Part shown: one piece after another, positions 13,101 to 44,932 of the stretch
How the letters are laid out: each line of letters begins with the position of its first letter
Position numbering within the stretch: position 1 is the stretch's first letter
Origin: Nitrospirales bacterium
Lineage (GTDB): Bacteria > Nitrospirota > Nitrospiria > Nitrospirales > UBA8639
Length of the DNA stretch: 64,000 nt
Direction of reading: 5' to 3'
Assembly (NCBI GenBank): GCA_965203295.1
Contig: CBDBCZ010000016.1
Location: 1,152,001-1,216,000, forward strand
Position numbers and translations under genes: made by a program
Notes under the pieces: model-generated
What the model was told of the DNA's origin: nothing
Databases searched by the model: none
Seen by the model: only the letters and a program-made list of their open reading frames with translations

Positions 13101-16100
13101 TAGAAAATTTGTACGTACTCTACTTACCTATGGCTGTCAAACTACTGGCCACACCAGTGAGTTGGAGAGGCCGGGTCACGTTACCACTCACAACCTCGAC
13201 ACAGGCAACGACGACATCATCTGGGTTTCCCTCTTGGACACTCTGACTGAATGGGGTTGCTCTAGCAACAGTGACCATTTCTACGGAGAATCAAAAGCAT
13301 CACCTCTTATAGTCTACACAGCGAAATACTTATTACTATGCCCAAACAGGAAGTATCAAGTAAAAAACTATACACTATTGCCTAGTTGTATTCCTCACTC
13401 AATGACCTACAGCTATAGATGCTGAGAATGGCTAAAGCATAAAAGCTTAGCTATTTGTATTCCCGTGATATTGTATTATAATAATATCTCTAAGACTTCC
13501 AAAAAATTTACTTTCTAGTAGCTACACGTACCGGGGCAGTTCAGCTCATCAGTACCACCAACGCAATCATTGTTACCATCACAAAGTTGCTCTCCAGGGA
13601 GACAGCGGTTGCTGGCAGCACCTATCACCCCAAAGCGGCAAAGAAACTGATCGGGTGCGCAGTCAACAGGAGCTAAACCGAGAAAGTATACAACAATAAT
13701 GTAGTACCAACTATACGGACATGTTTATAACTTTATAACTACACTGTAAATTTTGGGGTGCAGTTTGTACATTGCTGCACATGCATTACTCCCCCCCCCC
13801 TTCCCTACCATCATCCCCCTCACTCCTTCCTCACTTGCAAGGTCACTTGTACCTCACTTGTGAGGCCGATGACTCCAGCTGGTCAGGCGTGCACAGTTAT
13901 GATGGTTTGTTCTAATTACCCACCCAGAACCTCTCTGAATGCCTTTACCACGGGTGCAAAATTATAAGTATTGCTGACTTCCCATTTCTCCCTCAATCAA
14001 AACATGACATACACTTTACCGATTCCAGCATCGGAGCAGCAGTGCGGGAGTGGTTCCAGAGCGCGCCCTACAGTGCTGCAGTTGGCAAAATCCAATCCAC
14101 CCAGCGCAGGGCTACGCCCTAGAGCAGCCCAGAGCTCTGGGCACTCTGTCTGGACAGTGCTACACTCCTCCGAACACACAGACACGGGAGGACTGAATCC
14201 GTCATCACTTCCGCAAACAAAGAAGTAAGAGTTACAGAGGAAACGGCTGAAGAGGTCTTGGCAAGTTTCGGGAGCTGCTGATATCAGTCCACCGAGGGCC
14301 GTTTCAAGCTCCCTGAGCAGTGTGCTCTGGTCGTCCTGTCCTCTTGTGTGTGGAATGTAGACAAGGTCCACTCCCTCAGTGAAGACTCGATTGCAGATTG
14401 AGGAATTTCCAGAGTAGGGCTCACACACACCAAAGCTGTGAGTATTTTGGGGACAGATCCATCATTGATACATATTAGTGTAAAAACCATGTATGCAGGG
14501 ATGCACTTCTGTTAATATCAAATTAAACAAGCAATAACTCGCACCGCAATGCATTCACAGACTACCTACACATCACAGCGCTCTGCGTTACAGATTAGCT
14601 ACAAGACACAGCACGAAATATTGATATTCAATTTCTACACATGACTGCACATTACCGAATGAGCTCTTCCTCAGCAACAATGGGAGGGCTGTCAGTGCAA
14701 CGTGCAACTGGACCTGTAAGTAAGAAATAAATTCCTTTCAAACGGCATAAATTATTAGACATTTTGCATAATAGTGTAGCTACATGTACAACTTATTCCT
14801 TTTGCTGCCATAGACATTAACGAATTTCTCCTTTCCCTTTAGTTGACATCTTCAAACGCTTTGGTAAAACCTGAAAATCAGGGTCATGCTCAAGCGGCGG
14901 ATGGTTCTCCTTACGCTTACCAGCAGCCATCGTAGTATTTTTTTTCTCGCTGCCATAGACATTAACCTATGTATGTTTCTGTGAGTTTTGTGAGCAGTTG
15001 TTACTTTTTCTCAACCAGTGCCAATGACTGTCCACGAGAACTTCTCTCTTATATATATATATATATCTTTGCTACCACTGCTCTACATGCTTCTGTACAT
15101 GTGCTTAATTTTGTACCTTCTCTGCAAGAAACGCTGGCTTCTTGGTTGCGGAAGCAGTTATGGACCAAATTTCCAGGGTGGTCGCACTCTGTCAGGCGAG
15201 GCTCTTGTCCTATGCACTCCACATCATCTAGCACAATGGGCCCAGTCCCACTGCCAAATGTCAGCTCAAAGATAGGAACAGCATCTGGAGGGAGGGAGGG
15301 AGGGAGAGAGGGAGGGAGGGAGAGAGGGAGGGAGGGAGGGGGGGAGGGGCATTCATGTAAACCAAAACAGCTGATCTTGGTGAAACACGCTATGTTTCAG
15401 ACCAAGCTGGACCTTCATCTGGTGTGTTTCAAGCATGTATGGCTCCATATCTCCATGCATGTTTGAAATACACATGATGAAGGTCCAGCTCAGGCTTAAA
15501 CGTGTTCCACCAAAATAAACTTTTTGGTGAACAAGATTGTCAATTTTCTGTACAATTGGAAGTCTTGTATGGTGAGCCTGTTCACATTAGTATTGTTTTA
15601 GTTAACTGAAACTGCAATAACAGATTTACTAAAACTACATGTAGAACTTCAAGGATAAGATATAACTATTTTTTTCTCACCAAAATCAAGTTATGGCAAT
15701 TTCAATTGCTTGAAGCTACACTAGTCCACATACGAGCTGATTCCTGTCCCAGTTCTCGGCAGACCACTGCAGCATCTCGCTCGTCCCAGCTGTCACTGCA
15801 CACCGTGCCCCAGACCCCCCGGTGACACACCTCCACTCTCCCGTTGGAGGGAGAAGTGCCGTTGGCCAGTCGGATTTCTGACTCGGTGCATTCTGGAGGG
15901 GCTGCCCCTGTTATTAGATTATAGTCAAAACTTAACAACAGGTATGTCAGTACTCTCACAAAAAAATGTTGCAGACATCATTGGTTCAGTTCCTGCATAC
16001 TGTGTGCATGGGTGTACCAATATCGGTTCGGTTGACCGTACCATACCCAGTTATTATACATGTATATGCAGGGTTTCATACAGGATGTTTTCCTGGGAGA

Positions 16101-19100
16101 AGGGAACTTTTTTGGAATACTGAATGTCCTTCGAGTGGAATCTGGGGGCATGCCCCCCCCAGAAAGTTTTTGTGCAAAACAACTACCCTGAGATTGAATT
16201 TGGTGGGTTTTAGCAGCTTAGCAGACTACATGTAGGTACCCCAGTTTCATGTTCAAACCACCTGCCATTATACCATGTTTAATGCAATTACGGTTGACAT
16301 CTTAATTTTTGAACATGTATAAAACCCTGATATGGCAGTTGCAATTATGGTCACAATGCTAACTGCAAGTGTACAAGGAAGTTGCCAAGTCAATATTTTG
16401 CTGTACTGTAATTTGTTACTTACTTATTTATCTACGTATGCAGAACCACTTAGCTAAGTATACTGCTCAACAGCGCACACTAAATGGTTACTGAGGTGAG
16501 CTGTTAGGGTGTTTCACTTGGAAACCACCCATGCAGCCTTAAAAATTTCAAGAAACTTTTTAGATCCATCAGAATTTGAAGTCATCAAACACTGCAAGTC
16601 TTTGGAACATGTAATTGCTTTGAAAGGCTTCAAATCCAATAGCCCACTGAACATCAAATATCCATGCTTCCAAATAAGGAAGGGCCTCAGCTGAGCTCTT
16701 TGTGGTCTATTTACCTGCACACCACACACCACTGGCATTTCCAAACTGGCATGGAATGAAGTTGCCAGCTCCCATGGATTGGCACTCTAGAATGGAGGAC
16801 TCTATGCCAAGGCACTCCACTCCAGCAAGCCAGATGCGCTCAATCTGACCAAACGTCCCTCCAGGAAGAGCAAAGGCATCTGAAGGATAAAAACCGGAGA
16901 AACAAAATAATTGGGGTGTTATTAGCATGCTTGGCCATTCTGATGCCGGCACATGCCCTCTCTCACTTTCTTCCGGGAATCCCAGCTCCCTGCACACCAC
17001 TTGTGCGTCCACCTCCTCAAAGTGTCTCTCACACACGGAGCCCCACTGGCCGTGGATGCACACCTCCAGTCTCCCGTTCCAGGCCCGGGTTCCCTCCTCC
17101 AGCCTCACATCGCTGTCATTGCAGACTGGAGCTGTAAGATGTCAGAAGGAAAGGAGTGTGGTTACTGGGCACAACTTGTGAACTGGTACTATTTATAAAT
17201 TGTGCTGAATATTGTATAAACCTATAAACTGCGCGACCTTAACCCTATTCCTAATTTAAACCCTAGCTAACCCTAACATTAGCCCTAAGCCTATAACCCT
17301 AGCCCTAAATCACAATGAATTCATAAAATAAATGCTTAGCACAGTTTTAAACTGCGCAAAATACACCCACATGGTTATTAGTAAACATTATAATGTTGCG
17401 TTGCAAGTTGTTAAGAGGTGCAACTACCATCTCTGTATATCTCTCCAATATATGGTTGCATATTCAGGGTGTTACATACATATCTACGGTCTATAAGAGA
17501 TCATGCATGCTTAAGCTATTTTTTTTCACTCCAGCATACAAGGTATTTGACGGTACTCTTCAATACCCTTCATGTGTCTGTGAAATACCCAAGGCTCCAG
17601 CTCAGCTCGGCAACAGGTCAGGCTAAGCTACATGTGTAAATTCTACTGTAGAATTATTCATCATATCATTGCAATTTTGACTGTGTCGCTGCAATGAAGC
17701 ATACTCCAAACTTTCACCATGGGTGGGACTCAAACATGCTGTGTCAATATAGCAGCTATAATGGCAGTTCGTGTTTTTGATTCGAATGCACTCAAAAGAT
17801 ATGATTGACCAGTGTCCTCACCAGAATTATGCAATAGCTATAGGGGGAAGGAAACCCACCTACTAGTGAACTAATTAAATCTATTGCATCATTATTAAGT
17901 CCTACCATGATACTGAATCTGTGTAATGCTGCTATAACTATCATCACTGTATCTCATCTCATAACCTTACTAATAATATAGGGGGTACTGTATATACCAC
18001 AATAGGGGGGTATAGTACCCCTACAAAGCAACACAGAGAGAACCCAGTAATGAAATAATGTACCCTGGACTGGGAAAGTTAGTTACTACCCTAACCTCCA
18101 TCCGTGCAGTTGGCTAGCGACCAAACGTCGCGGCAACAGTCCCCAAAGTCAACACAGTCCGAGGTACAGAAGCACAGCTCCTCATTGTTGATGCCTAATA
18201 GGGGGTCATTCGGCGATAGCCCACACTCTGTCAGCCCGTCCAGGGTGCACGGTGCTGCAAGCAGTAGATGGCCATGTCATGTTGGTGTGATAGTAATGCA
18301 CAACAAGAGCACCAGTCCAACAATTTTTGTAGCACAACCAATAAAAAAACACATCTACTCTACTAGCTTTGTTCCCAGATTCCACCATGCAGCTTTATTC
18401 TCACAGTCCCTGCTGATGCTTTTTGTACTGCTAGCGATAAAAGCTGGGATAGAGGCTTGGGGGGGGGGGGGGTGAGAGAATAGTAAACAATATTCCATTA
18501 AGTGCAAACTACAATAGATTACGGCTGCGTGGTACATATATATACCAACGAGTATATTGTACATATCTATGTCGTTATACGCTGCTAGAAATTTGTTGTT
18601 CCAAGTTTTAGACACGACTCAGTTGGAAGTGCAGACTGTAACTCCAAGCCAGTGTGGGTACAGACAGTAACAGATGCTAAAAAAATGAGTTAAGCTAGAG
18701 TGGTCTCCAAAATCCACTCACGTTCGCACACGGTTCCAGCGTGCTGCAAGCACTGGCTGAAGCCTTCCTCGGTGATATCACTGGGGCACTGGAGCAGGGT
18801 CTGTTCTGTGCCGCTACACGACACATTCTCCAGAGCGATGGGGCCCAGCCCGGGACCAAATGGGACGGACATTGCGCCTGAGGTATAAAGAAACAAGCAA
18901 GTACATCATCAAAATGTGCATTGCATGCGTGAACCTAGTGATATGCGCCAGTTGTTCGCTTGTCAAGCAGGAATACTTGTATATTGTTTTGTGTTTCTCA
19001 AACACCTTATGAAATGTACACTAAGCTGGGTTTTAAATACCTATAGTTAAAAAAATGTGTTATTTTCCGAGCTTTGAAAGGTATATGTATAGGTGTGTTC

Positions 19101-22100
19101 GTAGTATAGGAAGTTGCAATCTGTATCAACAGGGCAGCCATCACACAGGTATAGGCCTAGGTTTATTTCAAAGCAGTTTGCAAACTGGCTACGATTTCAC
19201 AATTTTTCGACCCTAGCAACTAAAACCCGGCCTACAGTAGCCATGTATCTGAAGTCGTGGGCTGTACCATGCTAGTACATACCTGGCTACTGGTTGCTAG
19301 ATGAAATTCTAGCACATAATTACATGTATGTTTGCTTAATTCATATATAGGAAAGTACAATACCAGTATAGTACCAAGTTTTCAAACTTCAGAGTTTTTG
19401 CAGCTGTATCTTAGGCCATGAAATTTAGCTCTCAAAATGTTTCGCACTATGCGGCAATGCTATCAAGGATCCTTGGTCTATGAAATTTATTTTCATGAAA
19501 TGCTCAAACGAAGAAAAATTTGCTCCTTGAAAATTTGGCGCCGTACAGTAGGGTCTGGGTTAGTTTAACCTAGCTATGGTTATCCCAGTTGCAGCTTCTC
19601 TACTAGAGCTCCACTATTGTGTATTTTGAGTGGGACATGCAATGATGACTGTAACTTTAATTTCTGGGGAAAGGATACAGACAAAGCCAAATGGAGACTG
19701 CAAGTTGTAGAATTATCTATGCAGAGCCAGATAGTCTCATAGGAGGTTACTAGCTGCATGTACACAACCCATTCAGTCTAACTTCCGTTATTGCCGAGCG
19801 CCTTAGCGCGAGGCAATTAATCTTGCGGTGCGGCAGTCGAATCTGAGCTAGTGTATATATGTATATATGTATATATGTATATATGTATATATATAAATGT
19901 CTGTAATTACCGCTTTCGGCCCCGGGGACCACCCCGGGGGCAAGCACGTGTTCAAGATGGCGTCTTCGCCAAGTGACACGGATTCAGATTTTTTACTGCT
20001 GGTGCATGAACGATCAGAGAGTTATTCAAGTCGATCACTGTGTGTTACCAAGGTTATCTTACTGCAGCTCCAATACCACAAGGGTTTGAGTAGCGTCTGT
20101 TTCAGCAGAGACGTGACCGCCCGATGGTATCATTGCAAATCGAGCGCTATGAACAGGAGCAAAGCCCAGTGACTGTGTCGACCATAGCTGTGCCTTGGAC
20201 GTGCATTTCAGACAGAGATATCCGTCTACTGAAAGTGTAGTCGCGTTGTCGTACGTAGTATCTTCAATAACTCGTGCAGCTTCCAAAGTGGGTGTGGTTT
20301 GTACTCTAGTGAGTGTGGTCACCTCTCCACGTGTCTCTGCGCGAGGCCTCAATGCGCATGCATGCGTATGTCTAGTAGGAATTTACTAGCTATACACGGC
20401 TGGGGCTGCCCATTCAGTCGAACTTCCTTTATAGAATTTACTAGCTATACACAGCCGGGCTGCCCATTCAGTCTAACTTCCTTTATATATAGGAATTACT
20501 AGCTATACACAGCCGGGCTGCCCATTCAGTCTAACTTCTGTTATAGAAATTACTAGCTATACACAGCCGGGCTGCCCATTCAGTCTAACTTTTGTTATAG
20601 AAATTTACTAGCTATACACAGCAGGGGCTGCCCATTCAGTCTAACTTCCTTTATAGGAATTAACTAGCTGTACACAGCCCATTCAGGCTAACTTCCCTTA
20701 TAGGAAGATAGACACTGGGCTGTGTATACATAGATATTACTTTCCAATGAGGTAAGATAGACAGTATTTATACTGGGCTGTGTATATACATGTAGCTATA
20801 CTATCTTCCTATGAGAGAAGTTAGACAGTATGCGCTGTGTACAAGTACCAACCTCTTATTAGGTTGACTATCTGGCTGTGCACAGATGATTCTACAACCA
20901 TCAGTCTCTGTTTGCCTGTGTCTCAGAAGTTGACATTGCAGTCACATTTAACACATGGGATAATTATGGCTATAGGTTAAATTAACCCGTCTATTTTTGC
21001 AGTGTGCCCTCAGGGCAACTCCTCACTCTGTGGTGATAGTCCTAGCTGTCTGCAGACCACAGCAGCGTCGTTGCTGTCCCAGCCCTCGCTGCAGACCGAG
21101 CTCCAGCTGTTGTTGAAGCACACCTCCACTCTCCCTTCCTTGGCATCTGACCCTCCAACAAGACGAACAGCTCCGTCTGAACAAGTGTCTCCTGTGTGTG
21201 CATGTGTGCGTGTATGTGGGCATGTGTGTTTTGTGTATGTGTGTGTGCATGCATGCGTACAGTTGTGTATACATGCATGCGTACAGCCATGCATGCATAT
21301 ATGGTGTTGTGCATATAAATCACATGGTTCAAGTCCATAAAGAGAATGTCTATACTTATATAACTCCCTAAAAGTCAATGTCATGTGTTTACTACATGTA
21401 ACAGAATGTTATGTGTGACAGCTGAATGTAGAAATCGAATTATTGGATATTCACACCAAAGGAATAATGGTACCCTACGAATCCGCTAAATATATAGGGT
21501 GTCACCCTAGCTGGCATGCACTAGCTTGCTAAAGCTACCAACAGCAACATTCAGCACCATTTCACTAACCTTCACAGACCACCCCAGCATCCTCAGAGTG
21601 GGAGCAGTCAGTACCTGCTCTTGTGTCATTGAAGCAGTCGATCAGCCGCTCCTCCGAGCCAGTGCAGCCCACCTCATCCAGGTGGATGGGCTGCAGTCGA
21701 GGCCCCCGCCCAAACCGAGCGAACTTGGAGGCAGTGGAGACTGAAGATCAGAGAAATAGCAGTGAGAGATGCTAGGCAAGGCAGTAGCCATATTGGGAAA
21801 CTTATGCAAAATGCAACTGAGAAGCCCCCTCTTCATTAGTAAAATTATGTAGGTATTGCCAGACTAATACATAAAGATGTAGTATATGTAATTACAGTCT
21901 AGCATACTAGTATGTACTTTATTGTGAGTGAGAGTTGTCTTTGAAGAGGACATACAAGGTTTCATATTGCAGTTATCAAATAATATATAGTTTGTCCTTC
22001 TGTCCGTGTGTCACGGATGTGACATTTGCTAATGAAGTGCGATTGCGCAAGAAGTCATTATACAAATACTTAGCTAGTACTATACTTCAACCTACTGCAA

Positions 22101-22545
22101 CGATCTGACTGCCGATGGTATAATATTGTAATGGCCTCAAATGCAATTTGTTGTCGGGCATCGGCTAGCCTCGAACCCAGCCGTCCCGGCTTTTTCGCTT
22201 GCTGGAAGAAAAGCATTTTTTGTTTGCAGGAATAAACAGCATTTTCTTCCTGCAAGCGAAAAAAGCCGAAATGGCTGGGTTTGAGCTAGAGATCAGCCAA
22301 ACTCTGTGATAAACACCACTAGTGAAGTCACATATTGCCAATTAATGGCTTGCACTTACACACTGAAGGGTATCCCAGCTGCTTGCAGACAACAGCCGCG
22401 TCCCTGCCGTCCCAGTCATCATCGCACACCGTCCCCCACTGCCCTCCCAGGCAGACCTCAACCCTGCCCTCCAGCTCGTTCACACTGTCAACGAGGCCGT
22501 CTCCACTCACCAGTCTCACAGCACCTTCATTGACACATTCGACTC
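10125..22545 (-). CDS. Mosaic extracellular protein: SRCR x2 - somatomedin-B-like - SRCR x2 - Frizzled-type CRD - LDLa - Calx-beta x2 - two C-terminal Ig/Fn3-like beta domains (N-terminal exon not located)
   Basis: 19 exons joined in frame by GT-AG introns: 22545-22360, 21740-21570, 21191-21027, 18877-18722, 18254-18096 ([19 protein letters not shown]-like), 17131-16967, 16879-16715, 15907-15734, 15284-15117, 14713-14656, 14435-14020 (Fz [35 protein letters not shown]), 13672-13532 ([31 protein letters not shown], LDLa), 13280-13128, 12740-12510 ([18 protein letters not shown]), 12052-11903, 11801-11577 ([18 protein letters not shown]), 11218-11078, 10652-10398, 10243-10125 (stop TAA). SRCR motif GRVEV..WGTVCDD.WD..DAAVVC. 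About 1130 aa recovered; no transmembrane segment seen. Confidence 0.88.
12794..12988. mobile_element. Tc1/mariner/pogo-type MITE in intron
   Basis: Imperfect ~38-bp TIRs CAGTGGAACCCCTGCAATGTGGACACCTAGGGGACCTGG / CCAGGTCCCCAAGGTGTCCACATTAGAGAGGTTCCACTG; TA flank on the left. Confidence 0.65.
17811..18040 (+). repeat. Dispersed repeat; second copy at about 34149-34435
   Basis: Both copies begin CAGTGTYCTCACCAGAATTATGCAATAG and share TACTAGTGAACTAATTA and CATGATRCTGAATCTGTG. Confidence 0.6.
20384..20880. repeat. Tandem ~55-bp minisatellite (about 6 units) followed by degenerate inverted copies
   Basis: Unit TACTAGCTATACACAGCCGGGCTGCCCATTCAGTCTAACTTCCTTTATAGAATT repeated 20384-20700. Reverse-orientation degenerate units at 20700-20880 and an isolated unit near 19749-19790. 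Confidence 0.8.
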
Positions 22546-25545
22546 CTGCATAAGAGAGACGTATACCACGCACGAGATCATCATGGGATTACCATGCACA
22601 ACAAGCAGCAGCTAAAGGCACTATCCTGACAACCCAGTTTTGGGCTGAAGGCAGTTTAAAACCACCTCTCGAAAGAATGAATATTTCTAAGCCATGTAAA
22701 GAGTTGTTGGTGTCATCATAACCATAAACACTGTGCCTTAACTGTTATTTTCTGTGCACTAAAGCACTTAAGCGTGGCAAAAAGTGGTTGGTTCTACAGT
22801 ACCAGTGAGCTTTGAAATGTAAAGACTTTAGTATTATGAAGGGCTGAGAACCAGAGTGGTCCAACCTGATAGAGATTACATGAATTTGCACAAACTAAAT
22901 TACACAATGAGCACATTACCAAAATCTTAAATTTTGAGTTGCTCCTGAAACACAAAACATAAGCTCGAGTATGTTCGTGTTTGTTTAGGTTAGATTGGGA
23001 GGGGTAGCTAAGTTCATGTTTGTGGGTTAAACTACCAAGTAAGATCTCAAGTTTGAGAGTAGATTCATTATTAGACCACTGTGGTTCTCAGCCATGCAAT
23101 TGTCACTATGGCACAGTTACTATGCTGGACAGATCTGCACTTTAAAAAGAGCTTGCAGCAACAACTTCTGTTTAACTGCCATTGAACCACTGTGGTTTTT
23201 TGCCACACAGAAGTGTGTATGACACCATAACTGTGATATAAAATGCAACTGCTCTATCTCGACAACCCAGCTATGCAGCTGGCTTCAGAAAGCAGTTGAA
23301 AAACACCACTCAAAAGTATATTAACTACATATTTACCATTTCCGAGCCATCTAGTCCAGCATGCAAATACCTCACAATTACAGTACTGTACAATAATTAC
23401 ATTTCAACTCCCCCCCCCCCCCCCGTTGTTGAATTCCTGGACTAATTATAAAGCTGTGGCAGTGTGGCTTCAACTGTCATAGCTGAGATTGTGTATGTAT
23501 TGTTTTAATTTGCTAGAAATTCTACAATCCTCAATGCTAGCAAAAATTGGGGCAAGTGTGAGCAACCCCACACTAGTGGTGTCTATGCAATTTTCTCTGG
23601 CTGTCGGTCACGTACGTCACGCTGAATCTACGCTCATTATTCTCATTATTATATTCTTTCACAACCTTGAATATTGAATTACATTGATGCTACATGTATA
23701 GCTACAGCTAGCCCTAGCAAGGATAATTCAGAAGTAGTCCAAAACAGAGTGAGAGAAGAGAGGCTTTGAAAATGACAACGTTGGTTGACGACAATGTGAA
23801 GGGCCCCGCACATTGCTTCTGAGACAACAAGGGAAGCAAGGCTTGTAGAAAGATCAATATAGCTTTTTGCCTACATTGCCAGCATGAGGTACTGCCTACA
23901 GAGGCTTCGTAGTTAGAGATGGCTCTCGCCGTGTTTCAAAGACAGCAGCACAAAGGAAGTGAGGTTTGTAGGAACACCAGAATTTCTGCCTCCACTGCCA
24001 GTACAGACACTGCCTGACAGAGAGAAAGTAGGCACCAAGTTACATCACAAATATGGGGAGAGACAATATCCTGAGACTTCAAAGCAAAGAGACACTCTGT
24101 AGACAGCTAAAGACAGGCTACATAGGTTGCAAGACCCTGCATTCACCTATTATTGTAGGAGTGGGCCTCACTGCTAATAATATTAGCAATACTATGGCAA
24201 GCCCACGTGATGAGCATATTATCAGCACTGCAAAAAAAAAAAATTAAAGGTTGTTTTAAACGCAGCTGCACTAGGAAGCCAATACTAGGAAGCCAATACG
24301 TATCAATGGGAATTCTAAATAAACCAGTGTACTTACTAATTACTTGTTTACAGTATTTGGCAAGAGCAGCTGATCATGAATCCTTGGAATGACTATTCAT
24401 AGTAGCGCTGAACTTTGTCCCAAACCTTAAGAATTTATTATAATTGTTAATGGTATTTGGTACCAGGAATTAGTAAGGATTTGTTCTGCAGCACTCCAAA
24501 GTTTATACCAAGGATATAGCTGCTCTCACCAAACACCATAAACAATTTAGCAAGCACAAATTCCCATTGATGTTAGCTGTAACTGAGATAACCTTAGCTG
24601 GTTTAAAACAACTGTTCCATTTTGCAGTGAGGGACGCATAGTATTATTGCTGGTGCAGTAGCAAGACTAAAGCTATAGTGAAGGGTACATATTGTTACAG
24701 TTTCATGCAGAACCTTCGGATGACTTTGTAAGTGTCAGTACCTAGCCTGATTCTCTGACCTTGTTCTGCAGCCAATGCTGCATCTTGACCACAGTTACTG
24801 ATTTTCAGCCAATATTGCTTATCTTTTATCCGCTCCAGACCACCAAGCTGACTTTGCAGCTTCCGTAAACATCAGCTCACAAAGCAGTAGATCACTGGCA
24901 AACTCCCTACGCAGAGTGCCTGTGATCTGCACACATCATGCTTATAGTTAAAAACAGTTGGAGGGGGGGATAAACTTATGGCCATGGAAAACAATTTGTT
25001 GAAGGAAGCTATATGATGTAACGTTGTGCATGTTCTGCAGAACCAAATTGGTTGAGTAGAATGGTAGAGTCCAAAAATAATCTTTGGAGCAATTTCACTG
25101 CAATCGCAATTATTGTCACAGTATACGGCATGATTTATACTATTACTATAGCTGCTAATCATTTATCATTAGTATGCACTGACATGGATGTCATCAAATA
25201 AATACATGCTAAATTAACGACTCGTGACCCACTGGGCAGCTACGGCTAGCTGGCAGAATTATTGCTTCACATGCACATTGTACAGGAAGACGACTGACAA
25301 TTTCACCCCACCAGCAGAACAACTTCGTTTTTACGCAAATTATAGTACAAGTCTGCTTGTAGTTGTAAGTCACTTGAAAGGCACCGCCATAGTGTACAAA
25401 CCCCATGTACTTAGGCGGTGCCTTTCAAGCCAGGGTACATCTATGTACCCTAGGGTACATGAGGATTGCTGGGCAACTGTGGCTTCTTCTCAAAACTGTG
25501 AAACAATTAGCGGGCACTATAAAAGCTACTATGGTACAAGTCATC

Positions 25546-25679
25546 TGTACCATGGGTTTCAAAGGTGTATGGAATTTGTACCCTCATGCAGTTGTATGTC
25601 TTCCCTCGGGCTTCGCCCTCGGGAAGACATACAACTGCCCTCGGGTACAAATCTCATACACCTTGAAACCCATGGTACA
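25546..25679. repeat. Long imperfect palindrome with GCGAAGC apex (minus strand)
   Basis: Arms TGTACCATGGGTTTCAAAGGTGTATG.. / ..CATACACCTTGAAACCCATGGTACA; centre CCCTCGGGCTTCGCCCTCGGG. Confidence 0.8.
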
Positions 25680-26157
25680 AATATAACATGTATGCTCACC
25701 CTGTTGCAAAGTAATATCGAACGCCTGCAATATCCAAACGAGAAGTAACGCAATAGAAGCTTTCTTGAGTCTGTTCATCTTCTTGCAATCGATCGCCTGG
25801 CACAGTAAGGTTCAAAGTATAAAGGACATGCGCATGCGTGGTAAGCACAGCGGGCACGTGATATTGGCGTATTGGCGGCAAAAATTTATCTCGCTGGTGC
25901 ATTTACATGTACACAGCAGAGAGCTCCTCTCTATGCCTGAGTTGGATCCAGACTTTGCCACTATCACAGGGAAGAGCTCCATACTGCAATCAGATGAGCA
26001 GCTTGAAAATATCCAGGCTTCAGTGCTTGCGACTAGTACTGGTACTCCTCTTGTGTGTTTCATCTTATCAGCCAACCAGAAAGCAACTGAAAGCAACTAA
26101 TGCACATAAAATTAATGTGCACAAGTGGTCACAATAACAACAGTGAAACAATATACG

Positions 26158-30781
<4,624 letters not shown>

Positions 30782-30839
30782 ACCGTTAGCGTTCAACCCC
30801 GCCCTCCAGCTCCAGTCCTTCAGCTACGTCACAACCACC

Positions 30840-44575
<13,736 letters not shown>

Positions 44576-44932
44576 ATATCAAAGTGATTAATGCCAATTT
44601 TTTTTAGTTTCTGAATTTCATTGGTACTGTACAGCTTACATAGCAGATTCAAAAGCTCAGTGGAATTGTATGGTTGTAGATTCATGTGTCAATTATTTAG
44701 CTATCAGTCTGCTTGATAAATAGCTCAGTGGCATGTTGCGAGAGTCAGAAATCCATGTGCGTCTTGAATTTAATGCCGAAGCGTTCGAGAAGATAATTTC
44801 GGATCCAGATATCCCACGCTATAATAATTTGACGCGCGTAGTCGATTACTGGCGCCGCGGCGCTCGTAAAGTAAACCCATAATCAAATAGAATGTTTTTT
44901 ACCGGGCTAATAAGTACTCTAGAATAATGGGT

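Noticed and set aside
17238..17310. Telomere-like (CCCTAA)n tract
   Set aside because: Short, degenerate and intronic; not a chromosome end, and no support for a telomerase RNA template.
20384..20700. Possible CRISPR array
   Set aside because: Units are contiguous tandem repeats without unique spacers; eukaryotic intron; no cas genes.
22546..26100. Candidate signal-peptide first exon for the SRCR mosaic gene (donors near 23336 and 24880, acceptor near 24014)
   Set aside because: None gave an ATG-initiated hydrophobic peptide in the required phase; the N-terminus is left unassigned.
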